From Hydrolagus colliei (taxonomy: Eukaryota), in the NCBI GenBank assembly GCA_035084275.1, contig CM068769.1:1550001-1614000 (forward strand): a stretch of DNA of 64,000 nt, given 5' to 3'. The notes below the pieces were generated by a model. The model saw nothing but the letters and a program-made list of their open reading frames with translations. It ran no database searches and had not been told where the DNA came from. Shown here piece by piece: positions 36,100 through 48,516 of this stretch (positions are counted from its first letter, which is position 1; every line of letters starts with the position of its first letter). The translations under genes were made by a program, and so were the position numbers.

Positions 36100-36600
36100 A
36101 AAGTCATTGTACCAAACACACAGTGCTCCGCCCACTCAGACACTTCCCCGCCCACACAGCGCCCCGCCCATCAGTCACTGCCAAGCATACACAGAGCCCC
36201 GCCCTCTCAGACACTGCCCCGCGAACAAAGCTCCCCGTCCACTCAGTCCCTGCCCCACCTACACAGAATCCAGCATACACAGCAACTTCACCGCTCATAC
36301 AGAGTCCCGCCCACTCAGTCACAGCCCCGCCTACACAGAGCCCCGCTCACTGAGTCGCTACCCCGCCTACACAGAGTCCAGCCTACTAAGCAACTTCCCC
36401 TCCCACACAAAGCCCCGCCCACCTAAAACCTCGCCCACCCTCTCACTGCCAGATGCAGAGAAAGCCCCTCCCACCCAGAGCCACACCCACAGTCTCTGCG
36501 CTAAAATCACGTAGCGCCGCCCACCCAGACAGGGCCACGCCCTCACATAGCCCCGCCCACACAGACAAGGGCACCCCCTCACAGACCTCCGGCAACAGAC
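36100..36600. repeat. GC-rich ~30-33-bp minisatellite with repeated CCCCGCCC (GC box)
   Basis: Units such as CCCGCCTACACAGAGCCCCGCCCACTCAGTCACAG, giving the Pro/Thr-rich ORFs 36005-36514. It is followed by a degenerate L2 fragment to ~36895. Confidence 0.8.
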
Positions 36601-36900
36601 TCGGTTCCTCACAGGGCTTGCCCAATAAATTGCTGCCACGCCCACAATACGTTGAGCGCCTTCTGTTGTTTCCTCAGACCTGACTAACACCAATTGCAGG
36701 TTTTTTGCGAAACCTCCTTATTGACACGTCCTCTCCTCTCCGCTGCCCCGGGTTCTCTTCGTTTTCCTTGCCCTCTCTCCCCGCATCTCTGGCAGAGCAG
36801 CCTCTCCCTCGCAACACGCTACAGTTCCTACGATGCGTGGCTGACATGAAATGCAGGCTCACATTCCTTAGCTCCTCAGATGTTGCCTGATTATTATTAT

Positions 36901-37798
36901 TACTAAACTGGTGGAAGTGTTGGTTTTGTGTATCTGAGCAGAGAATCGATTGCCAAACCCCAATACTTTGATTAGATTACCAATCCCAGCAGAGAATATC
37001 CGAACTATAAACCCCGGTTGGCTGTTTGGGTAATGTATGTACCAGTAAAGATAATAACTGTTTCCAGTGTTGGAATAGGGAATCTCTAAAGTTGCGGAGT
37101 CTCCTTCTTTCTAAACCATCGCAGCCGCTTTGTGACCGACAGTGTCGTCAGCCGAGAGTTCTGTAATAGAAAACGAAGAGTAGGGCAATATATTATCCAC
37201 TACTTGAATGAATTATTTTTCCATAGTTTGGAAAACTGACCCCACTTGAACGGTCCTATGAATAAATCATTGATTAAAAATGAAATAATTATTAATGTTG
37301 AATTATATGTAGCGTATTTTTACGAATTTGTATCGTCTGAATTTGCAGCACAGAATATGCTGTCTAGTGAATTCCAATGTATTATTGAGTAGGAAACAAG
37401 GCAGCCAATTTTTTACAGCAATCAACCGTGGATTGAGTATTCAATTATTTTTCAAATTTGTTGAAGGGTTGATTGCTCTAGGAAATCACAGCTGCCAATG
37501 GACTCAAAGTATTCGAGTGGACAATTTATTATTAATAATCTTTTTATACAGCGAATAAAGGAACCGTATTCCTACTTACCGCTGGTAATCTTGCCTACAG
37601 TAACCCCGCCCGCCCCCCTACCCAAAAATCAAAATCAGTTTCTCTCGCTTGTGAGACGAGGACATTTATCACTCGACTACATTTGTCCATTAATTGTTCA
37701 AGTTTAGTTGGCAATCCGGTAGGAACAGTATCTCAGCCAAACAGGACCTCATCTGAAATAAAGGTTGCCAGCATTAGACAGACAGCAAACATCCCCAT
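36901..37798 (-). pseudogene. Family-A V pseudogene missed by the ORF track (leader 37798-37753; V exon 37160-~36901, 3'-truncated)
   Basis: Leader MGMFAVCLMLATFIS with the donor mutated to ATGAGG. V reads ELSADDTVGHKAAAMV*KEGDSATLEIPYSNTGNSYYLYWYIHYPNSQPGFIV...GFGNRFSAQIHKTNTSTSL. Cys23 is lost, and the YYC and RSS are absent at an L2/(TTA)n junction. Confidence 0.85.
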
Positions 37799-39063
37799 TG
37801 TTGGTCTCCAGCCTCTGTGGTTATGTCTGAGGCCTCAGCTGGATGATATCGCACTATGCCTTGTCGACATTGGTAGAGCCCATCCACTCACGTCATCTCA
37901 TTGACGTCTCACACACTTTACACACGAACAATGACCTAATGCTTTCACACAGCGCCAGCGCCTGGAGAGGCGAATCCTTCCACTCTGATCCAAATTACAA
38001 TGCAAACCAAAGCCTCAACGTGAAGGCTGGCCATGTTAATAATATCATCACAATCCTTCTAGTTCTTATAGCGCCATTTTTTTTGTGGTCCAGACATCAC
38101 AAAATGCAGTGGAGTCAATTAACTCTATGTTGTGAGCGAATTGCCAGACAATTGATGCCCAGCAGGGTCTGGTGAACAATCATAGATCCAGCGTTGTCAA
38201 ACAAATGGCCACATTATCGCCATTGTTTTTCGTGAAGGAATTACTTCATGTGGAAATGGGTGTGCACCTAACGCTAGATAAACAAACTTCTGTAGGGGAA
38301 GCAAACTTGCCCCACAATTTCCCCTTCTGGAAATCGAACCCAGGATACTCAATTGCGGGTCAAGTGCTTTTTTAAGCTACCATTGTGAAAGAGTTTTTGC
38401 TTTGCTTGTTTCCCTCATGGGATCATCGAGCTGATTGTTTGACTGTTAGATCATAAGTCAACGTGATGTTCACATCGTGTCTTTGTCTCCTATCCAAAAG
38501 GAAAGCGCTGCTGCCAACTCTGTAGAGATACAAATACCAATCCATTGGACACTATTCGTTTGCGTAGTAGTTTCTCACTGTTACCCAGGCTGTTGTGGTT
38601 GTACAGTATTGTACAGCGTTAAAGGAACACTAGCATATTGTCGACAACAGAATCGAATACACTTTTTTTGTACCGAAGTGAGATCCATCAAATGGCAGCT
38701 GCTGTTTGGGAGACAAAATGAGTAATAAAAAGGGAGAGATAAATTATTTTTTGAAAGCAATAGATTAGTCCTGCTTGAGCAATAGAGGTCAAGTTGTGAT
38801 TGGATCAGATTATGAGCAAGAATGGTGATTGCCAGAGCATTGAACTGTTTCTTCAAGTCGTGGATCTACGTGTCCATGTCAGAAACAAGTGTGAATATTT
38901 TTGAATATTGTGCCAGTGAACTGATATGCCAAGCGACCACCAAAGTATGTTCCTTGCTGTTAATACAGAGGCGTGTGTATTAACGAACGGATGTTTTGTG
39001 CTGCCATGACTGAACCCAGATGCTCTCACTTGTAAGGCACTGAAATTCAGGCCTCAGTCTGTG

Positions 39064-39795
39064 AGTTTGTGTATGGCAGAAACGCTGATCTGTGCCTTTG
39101 TGGGGCTCAGTGCACAGTAATACACAGCAGAGTCTGAAAGTCTCACTTGGGATATACTTAGTGGCACGGTGCTCTCCGCTTTATCCACCTTCGTTGACAA
39201 ACGTTCTTCTGGGAATTCTGGATGACGATGGTCTTTGCTGCTGGAGTGTATCTGAACGATATATCCTGGAATTTGTTTGGGATTGAGACGATACCATATC
39301 AGGTAAGGATTGCTGTCGCTTGTCGTGAAATTACACTGCAGATGCACATCTTCGCCTTCGTCCATTGCCACAGTTGATTGGGGCTGTGTTACACTATCTC
39401 CTCCACACTGCCCTGGAAACCAGACACACTTGAACGTTCAGCAAAATAAGAACAATAATAAAATTTGAACATGTGGATGTGGCATCTCACTTCTTCTAGA
39501 CCACTCAAACTCGCGGTTCAGTAAAAACAACAATGAGTGTGGGGTAACTAAACTCGCCTCACGTATCACCTTGTTTGACCCGTGAACCGAACTCACATAA
39601 TCACGCTTGTGAGGCGAATACTCTAATTTTTTACGTACAGGACTCGACAAATCCATGAGTAATGACACGTATTGGTTACTTTGTACTAGAAAAGATTGGG
39701 TGGATAATATATCTTGTCAGCAACATTATATAATCCGTGTGTGTCTTACCTGACAAGGTAATGAAGACTGATACTATGTATATATAAATTGCCAT
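39064..39795 (-). CDS. Intact TCR alpha/delta V, family B (leader 39795-39750; V exon 39412-39103; 23-RSS 39102-39064)
   Basis: MAIYIYIVSVFITLS/GQCGGDSVTQ...QCNFTTSDSNPYLIWYRL...SDSAVYYCALS. RSS CACAAAG, 23 bp, ACACAAACT. Confidence 0.93.
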
Positions 39796-39971
39796 ATGTA
39801 TTTAATGCCCGGAGTGATAAGAGAGTGATGATGCTGTAGTTGGAAATGTTGGTCGGGAAGCAGTGAGATGCTGTGAGGAGGGCTAAACAGTAAATGACTT
39901 ACACACGTTGCCATACACTGTGAGGGAGCAGGTCTGCGGTTTATGTGTAACAAGATTTTCTATGTCATTGA

Positions 39972-40014
39972 GCGTCATTTGCTCTGCTCTGCCATCTCGC
40001 TCCTCCATTGGTTC
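39972..40014 (-). promoter_or_regulatory. Family-B promoter module: CRE half site plus an invariant 24-mer with CCAAT (copies at 49693-49735 and 55881-55923)
   Basis: GCGTCAT...GCCATCTCGCTCCTCCATTGGTTC is identical in all three paralogues, about 170-220 bp upstream of the ATG. Confidence 0.65.
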
Positions 40015-41835
40015 TTCTCCAACCTTGACATGCCTTTGATCAACCAGGTGTCTGACACATGCACCAACTTACACCAATAATCTTGTTACAATTCGTCCAA
40101 ACACATATATGATATTAACGCAACTGTACTACCTGCGGATTCCTATAGCTTAGTGATATCAACACTCACCCCACAAGCAACGTGTCTGTGTTAGATTCTT
40201 GAAGGGCGAATTCTTAGATAAGTATCCTAACTCTACCCACACAATTCTGTTTGCACAGCAATCAGTAGCAGTTCGATTATTTCTCGATTGATCTGATTGT
40301 GTTTCAATGTTAATAATCATTCATAAAATAAGCTATTGAATACAACACTGTTTGTGTGACATTCCTGTGCACAATTGGTAGCCTGGTTTCGCCTGCAAAT
40401 CGCCGAGTCACAATATTTTACAATGTAGTATGAAGCGATTCATGATGTCTCAAGTTGGACATGGTATTCGGTGGAATACACAGGGTTAGGTAGTGAAGTA
40501 ATCTGTGCTGGTTTCACCTTCCCTGGGGCAGCTGGCAATTTGGTAAAGAGGTGAAACAATCCTTTGGGCGGGAGTTGGGTGGTGGTGGTGTGTTCAAAGC
40601 CAACGGGGAGGAGCCATGTGGCGTCAACAGTTTCTCAGATGTCTCTGCCCCAGTTAGTTGAACTTTGCCTTCCTGCCCCGTTTCCGCTCCAAGCTTCTGG
40701 TTTTGGGCAATAAACACATTTTCCTAGCATAACTTGTGCGTGCAAGATAGTTTCTGTGCATTTTAATTCGCTGAATACAGCTTCATATATTAACATCACC
40801 ATTTGCAAAGCGTGGCTCTGAAGCATTGGGAAAGCCATCCAGATATTTGTGAGTATTCAGATCAAACTGTGTTCTGTGTTTATGACTGTCTTTGCTCAAG
40901 CAGCTTAAGAGCCTCTAAGTGTTTGATTTGATATAATAGAAGGCCATCCACCAATCGATTATCAACCAGAATTAAACTTGCTTCTCGGCAGAGAAACCAC
41001 AATAATGCTAATCCTTGCTTTTTATATATTTATTTTGACATCATATTAACGTCCCAAAGCGCTTCTTAGTGTATACCGTGAAGTGAAATGAACACAGAAG
41101 TTACCGGGAAGCGCAGTAGGTTAGGATCATCAATGGAGAAAGGAAAATGAGTCTACCTTTGGGGTCGACGACCCTTCGGCTGAATTTCGCAGTTCTTTCT
41201 GTTTGTATACAGTAAAGTGAATTGACTGCATATTCGTGGGCGAAACCCGGCAGCTGATTGAACACAGAAGTGTCCCTCGAAGCGTCGTGGGTTGAAAATG
41301 ACCAATATATTCTGGTTTATTTGTCAGCCGGATTATGATTGGGCAATTAGGACAAGGAAGTTTGCCCCAGCTTTCTCCCTGGTCAGCCTAGTCTCACGCT
41401 TGTAAGGTGAGTGTTCTAACGCATAGCTCAACGAGTAGTTGGAACTAATCACTCTTCCAGATGCTACTAAATCTCTGCTGGTTGTACAGTGATGTGGAAT
41501 TACTGTGTATGTTTCCTGCTGAATGTAGCAGCCACAGTTACACAGCAGTGTCCCACAAACAGTCATCGACTGAAGAGGAACACTTCTTAAAATCAATAAT
41601 TATTCACATGAAAGCGATCCGCCATTCGACGAAAAACTGTATTCCTACTTAATGCTATGTAAATATATGTATGTGTTTGTACGTGTGTGTGTGTGTGTAT
41701 GTGTGTTTGTGTTTGTGTGTGTGTGGGGGGGGTGTAATGTAGCACGTCTATTATGTCGCCATGTGGCGAATGGAACTCAGGTCGGCTTGTTTACGAGGCG
41801 AGTGATCTGAATGTTGAGCTACAGTAACCTCAGCA

Positions 41836-42331
41836 TGTTTTTGTACAGGATCCTCTGAGACACGCAGCACTGTGCTCTCTGCTGCACAGAAGTACGTGGC
41901 GGTATCTGTCACTCGCGCGTCTCTCATTGTCAGTGTGCTGTTCTTCTCTTTTGTATCAGCCAAAGCACTTATCCTCTCCTCCACCTTGAACTCTCTGCTT
42001 CCCTTCACCAGCAAATGGATGGAGCCGTTTTCATACTGTTTGAACCATTGGAAGGCTGGGTTTACCAGAGTCGTGTTGCAATCGATGGATACATTTTCGT
42101 TTTCATTTCCTGTCAGTACCTGAGGACTCTGTGACACTTCTCTTTCAGCCAAGACACCTGGGGAATTGACATGGACATTCTTGGAAACAAATTCGGAAAA
42201 TATCTGGAACAAAACTTGTCATTATTATGGAGTAAAACAAGGATGTGTTTATCCAAACTTGCACTCAACTTACAGAAGAGCGAAATCATGAAATTAAAAG
42301 TAATATGTGTTGCTTGGTAACTTGGCTTCAT
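41836..42331 (-). CDS. Intact TCR alpha/delta V, family C (leader 42331-42274; V exon 42157-41875; 23-RSS 41874-41836)
   Basis: MKPSYQATHITFNFMISLF/CVLAEREVSQSPQ...IDCNTTLVNPAFQWFKQ...TDTATYFCAAES. RSS CACAGTG, 23 bp, ACAAAAACA. Confidence 0.94.
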
Positions 42332-43388
42332 TCTCAATCCTTGTCGTTTCATGTCAGAATCTCCGGGTGAAAAGCAAGGAGACACCAGCTAACTGCTGAT
42401 AAACGTTCATGAATGTTTGTCGAGTGCCGCTAACTGTGTAGTATATAACTATACTCTCGGTGACGCCACGACTGACATCTCATTTCCTGTATGTTTGCTT
42501 GTTTGACATTCATTCCCCAATCGACTACAAGCAGCGTTCGTTCAGTCCAGAAGATAGGAAGTGACTGCACTTTTCAATATAGTCTTGCAATCGCTTTGAA
42601 TCAGTTGACTTACGTAATCTGTGGCTGCATCTCATGCAGCAACAGATTCAGCCACAAATATATACAGTCAATACACTTTATAGTGTAATCTATGAAGCGC
42701 TATGGGACGCTGATAATATGTGGAAAGCGCTATATCAAATGCAAGGATTATTATATTATATATTAAAGAAGCAAACATAGCTATAACTGTTCGTAATATT
42801 ATTTTAGGATCTAATTGGAATGTATTATCGGAAGAACTGTCCATAGATGCATTTATTTAGCGATAAAAGTTACTTCCATGCATTATTATGTCAAGTCATT
42901 GAAGCGTCTCATAGGTCTGCATAGATTTTACTCTCGAGGGCAGAGACAGAATATTTGGCAAACTCAGCATTTAGTTTGTGTAACACAATGTCCCACGATC
43001 ACATGTGAAGTGACGGTACAATTGTGCTGGAACAATGTCTGCCACGGCACCAGTAGAAACTCTGTTCATCCTGGAGCAAAGCCATCAAATCATTATTGCC
43101 TCTTGTTTCAAGCCACGTGAAAATCCCTTTCATGTCTCCTTGGATTGACAGCTTCTCCGAGACTGCAGCCACCGCCAGGAAAAGCGACCCACTAACTGCC
43201 TAACAGACAGGTTACAATGTACTTCTGTAACCTGCTGTAAACGTGTATTTGTATGCCGAGTATGGGACCATGCATAAGGTTTTGGGATGCGGACTGCACA
43301 ACATCCCCTCTGTTGTACTCGTGTAATCACATAAAATTACTGAAAGCGCCAAGTTCAATGTGTGAGAGGAACTCATGAGTATCTAGTG

Positions 43389-44344
43389 AGTTGTTGTACG
43401 AGCAATCTGCCCTTCTGTAACAGTGTGGGCTCCACGGCACAGAGATACACGGCGGTGTCACTCACAACCATCCTGAGAATCTGCAAGTTAATTAGTTTCT
43501 TCCCCTTGTTCACCTCGGCAGTGAAACGGTCAGCAATTCCAACAGCTTTGTCTACCTTTCCCGAGGCATATATCTTGAGGAAATACTGAAGAGCTCCATC
43601 GGGATATTGCCTGTAGCAGAAGATAGTGTCTATTCTTGAAACGTTCATTCTTATTGTCACGTTTTGTCCTTCAAGTTCTGTTATCTCAGGGTGGGTTTGG
43701 TATATGACACCACTCCCATTGGCAACTGGAAAAACAATACATGTCTAATTAAAAATATGAGTTAAAATTCTCTTTGCTATGTATATTATGGAGAGCTTTT
43801 ACACGTCTAAAATGTCTATATGAAACGCAAGAGTTGCTGTTATTACTGTAACTTTGCTGGGGAACGGTAAACGATCACTAGTGTTTTGGTGCTGATAGAT
43901 TTTCTGTCTGTGTTTGTAAATGTTGGAACTGCTTATACTTGCGAAGTTGTTCCATTCAACTTTTGAACTTGATTTTCTGTAGCTCGTGAAATAAATCATT
44001 AAAAGCTACTTCCAAATTGAAAATACACATGTCTTGGGGTTGTGTGTTTGCATTACCTCGTCTTGTCGCCGTCTCCAATCGCTTCAACGATGTGAAGCGA
44101 ATTTAACGTATGTTCTGTTGGAGGAAACTTGGCATTCAACTGTGGGTAGCCGTATCCCAAAGTCATTCGTGGATTGATCGATCAAACTAATATTATGTAA
44201 AAACTCTTTTTAGAAAGCGATTCATTAATTAAATAACAACAACGAAAACATTAAACCCATGTGCGCAGCATGCATTGGTCATGTCCAAACATACTTACTG
44301 TTTAGAGTGAGAATTACTATCAGTAACTGCCAGTGGGCTCCCAT
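43389..44344 (-). CDS. Atypical V ORF: Cys23 replaced by Met, Trp41 replaced by Cys (leader 44344-44299; V exon 43725-43428; 23-RSS 43427-43389)
   Basis: MGAHWQLLIVILTLN/IANGSGVIYQTHPEITELEGQNVTIRMNVSRIDTIFCYRQYPDG...SDTAVYLCAVEP. RSS CACACTG, 23 bp, ACAACAACT. Confidence 0.85.
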
Positions 44345-45818
44345 GCTGGCTGCTGAGGTGTGGACAGATAATAGAGTTTCTTCCTGTATAAATGGCTGCT
44401 TTGCTGCTTCAGTTTAATGTTGTGAGGCAGCGGTGGGTCTGACGCGTGAAGTGGGCTACTATCTACATGTGTAGGCGTTGCCCACTAACTAGTGGATCTT
44501 GAACTTGATCCAAAGCAACTTGGGACTTCCTCCCGACGTGCGACCTCTGCTGCACAGTGGTTAGAGCTCTCTGCTTACAAGCGTGAGACATGTGGCTGAA
44601 TCTAGGCACATCAGGGCGAAACTTTGGGCCAGTCTCCTAACTCCACACACACACACACCTAATAATATTCCGTTCAAAAATACACAATAATAAAAATGGG
44701 TCTTTTCAAGCCACGACTGTTTGTGAGGATGATGCTTGCTTTGTGCAATTGTCTACTGTGGTTTGCGCACAAATACACAGTCACTTGCTTGGCAGTATAT
44801 TGTGTGAAATGCTTTGAGACGTCGAGAAAATGTGAAAAGCGCTAAATCAAATGTAAATATTATTAATTTTAAATATGTAATGTTTTTTTTCGCTGCTGTA
44901 CCGGTGATTGGAAGCTGATGTATCTCGGAAAAGAATGGAGAGTGGACTTGCAGTTAGCATACAAACAAACTGATATAGATGAACGCAACTCACAAGGGAG
45001 CCGACTTGTGTTTGATTCCCAGGCAGGGCAATACTTTGGGCAAATGTTCTTAATCTACACACGCAACTGCGTGTCGCTGACAATGAGTCGGATCGCGTAA
45101 ATTAGTATATTGGTGGATCGCGTTGATGTCGTCATCAACCCTTCAAAGTTAATTAATAATAATAATAATAATAATGATTTTTTATTTCCTTCCCTGTCTG
45201 TTTTGGGGAACATGTTGCGTCCGCGGTGTTTCCCGCACAAAATATACAGTTACTAATTGATGCAGCAGATCGTGTGTTGTACTATCAATTGTCTGGCTGA
45301 TGTGATAATACACTATATCGAAATCACAAATTATAATTTTTGATAACTCAAAAAAGTGTAATCTGTAAGCACTTTGAGATTTATGGAAGATTTGAAACTG
45401 TATTCCCCTTTGTTGCGAATACATCTAAGCAAATAAGCTGTGAACTATGATTTCTAACATGAGAAAAATAGGCCAGTATTAAAAGTGTTCCCAAATGAAA
45501 CCAGTAAAGAAAAACAGATTGCTGTTATCGAAATCTAACACCTTGATCAAACCAGTAAGATCCACGGAAGGGCGGCTGCTTGTTTGTGAGAAGTACAACA
45601 AAAAATATGGATACATTGTTCATTAGTCAACCGAAGCCTTGCGTTAATCAGGCTTTAGACAAACCTTTGTACATTTCAGCTGAGCCAGCTATAGTGTATA
45701 GCAGGGAAACAGTGTCAACTGTAACAGGAAGAACCTGCTGTGGCTGCAAAGCAAATTGTTACAGAAAGCAACGTGGGAAGTTATGTCAGTTGCTGCTGAT
45801 GTTATAGGTGTGTTTATA

Positions 45819-45832
45819 TCGCCATCTGTTGG
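45819..45832 (-). promoter_or_regulatory. CTCF-like motif in duplicated block 45580-46040
   Basis: Minus strand CCAACAGATGGCGA. Confidence 0.55.
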
Positions 45833-46624
45833 TTGGTTGCAGCTAGAACACGTGTACTGCAGATACAAATGATTGCAAATTGATTTCGACCCACCATATC
45901 TTTCCTGTTCGTATCCTATCCTTTGGATACTTACACCTTATTCCCATTTCCCTGCTCGTTTCTCTTATTGCCTATGCCTCAATGGGACATTCGACTCCAA
46001 CCTCATTCACACTCTCGTATTGGGACGTGTCTCTGCTGGTACGTGGCACAGACTATTTAGTTTTTTTCCTTGTACTTCTCTTGTATTTGGTAATGTTACA
46101 TTTCGTAACGTTGACGTTAAGAATTTACATTGCTGAATCATAAACTTTATATGGATATACATTTATATTACTTTTGTACAGCGACTCCCACATTGATGTC
46201 TCAAGGTGCTGTATTCCTTAGAGGAAAAGTGACAACTAATCTGGGTACTTGTTAAATATAACCCTCTCTTTTCACTGTCCCATAGAACAACATTTATGGT
46301 GGTTGAAGGTGTGGTTTGCTGAAGAGTTGATTTAGTTTGTTCTAACTGCACACCCAGAAATGGGTTCAGCTGTTTTTTAGGCCGGATAAGTCGAGTGTTC
46401 TAACTACTGAGCTACAGGAGCTAATTATAGTCGCATGAAAAGTGATTTCACACTTACAGCAAGTTAATCAGAGATGTGTGGATTAAGGAAACTTGCCTAA
46501 CTACAAACACTTGTAATTAGATAACGCCTTGTACGCATCTTAGAAAGATTCTCCCTCAATAGGAATCGAACCCAGTTCATACCGAGTTGAGTGCTACAAC
46601 CAATATGGCACATAAAGCCACAAG

Positions 46625-47801
46625 GTTTTTTGTACGGGTGTCTCGGGGATGCCTTCGCTGTGGGCCTCAGTGCACAAACATAGGCAGCGCTGTCGCTGAG
46701 CTGGAGGTTGTTGATCTTGAACTGGAAATGTTTTTTAGAGGAATCCATCAGGGCAGAGAAGCGTTCCTGACTGATATTCTTCCCGTAGGAATGCCTTTGG
46801 ATGAGGAAAGCGGGCCCTTCACTGCGGCGCTGGCGGTAAAGCAGCACTGAGATGCTGTCACTAGTCGTGGAGACATTACAGCTGATAGTCAGTGAGGCGC
46901 CTTCGAAACGCCAGTCTGCTTTCGGGCTCTGCCTCACCCAATCTCCATCACTGATTCCTACAGGAAACAATTGTGTAATTCAGTGTTGAAACGATCAACA
47001 CTAAGTTAGAAAACAAACGCTATTGTGGGCCACATTTCATAGAGTATATGTAGTTCCTGTAGCTCAGAGGTTGGAGCACTCGCCTTACAAACGTGAGACC
47101 TTTGTTCATATGCAGGCAGATCAGGAAAAGACTTTGGGCGAGTTTCCTTACTCCACATGCGCGACTAATAATAATCCCTCCGAAAAAACAAAATATTGTG
47201 ATGAAAACTGGTCATTTTCAACGCACGGCTGTTTGTGGGAACGCTGCTGTGTGCAATTGGCTGCCACGTTTCGCCAACAACTATACAGTCAATTCACTTT
47301 AATGTATAATCTGTGAAGCGAATCGAGACGCAGATAAGATGTGAAAAGCGCTATATCAAATCAACAGTTATAATTACTGTATACTATGACACACTTTGAG
47401 ACGCTTTGAGAATGTCTTCACACACGGGGATATTTTGTTCTACAAGATGAATGTCTGTAAGAATTTGTCAGTCATTTGCAAATTAAATTGCACCGTCCTT
47501 CAAATGGAAACCTCTAATAATATTCATCCTTAAAACTTATATAGCGCTTTGTACGTTTTCTAGACGTCATTAAGCACTTCAGAGAATATACTTAAAAGTG
47601 AATTAACTGCAGATTTGTGGGTGAAACGTGACAGCGAATTGTGCACAGCAATGTTAAAGTAACCAGGGTGAAAGGAGACTCTGTTTAGAGAGGACCCGTT
47701 GTACTAGCATTGACTTGGATGGCTGTCGGTAATCATATCTAGATTAACTAACCATGTAGTGAGAATGCGATGGCTGCGGAGAGCAAATATCCCAACTGCA
47801 T
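46625..47801 (-). CDS. V ORF lacking Trp41 (leader 47801-47753; V exon 46957-46663; RSS 46662-46625)
   Basis: MQLGYLLSAAIAFSLH/GISDGDWVRQSP...ISCNVSTTSDSISVLLYRQ...SDSAAYVCALRP. RSS CACAGCG, 22 bp, ACAAAAAAC. Confidence 0.87.
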
Positions 47802-48516
47802 TGCGTTCAGACACCACAATCAGCGTTTATGTCTCTGCTGCTCTTGACACCGTGTGACACTGAGGCCATTAATAAAGCTGAGAACACTTTGTGATGTTGT
47901 CTCTTATCTGTGCGTCACTATCTCGTACCTCGAGCTGCTGTGGGCGTGTAGGACTGCTCCAATCAGATTCAGGCTTAAACTTGTACATTTGATCCTGAGT
48001 ATACACACCCACAAATTACACAATCAATTCACTTTACAGTATAGTCATTGAGAAATATTAATGGTAAGGCGATTGATCAGATGGAAGGATCATTATAATA
48101 AAGACTTATTTCCTCATTCAAACGCTATCGCCTTCAGTCTTCATTACAAACTTGAAACTTTAGATGATCTTATATTTATTGTCATACCAATATATCCGAC
48201 CCACCTTTATATCTCAACAAATACATGTACAAGTTGCATAAATACAAGCAACATTGACTCAAACCTCAGTGTTTCTTTGAATTCAGTTAGTAATTCATTC
48301 TTAATACTAAACTTATTTTGAAGGAAATATATCTACTGTAGATGAATTCATTCACGATTCACCAAAAAGGGGGATGCTACTGACTCCTTTCTAAATAGAG
48401 GTATACACATACTAAGAAAACTTGTCCAAAGTTTCGCGCAGCACGTAGTCGAACCCAGGTACTCTCGCTTCCGAAGCGACTTGCTCTCACTTCTGAGCTA
48501 GAGGACACGGCATGAT

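Noticed and set aside
42973-43100. AGTTTGTGT nonamer with downstream CACATGTG and a DEQSFYWC frame
   Set aside because: Spacer is 19 bp, the D-x-A-x-Y-x-C spacing is wrong, and there is no upstream V framework.
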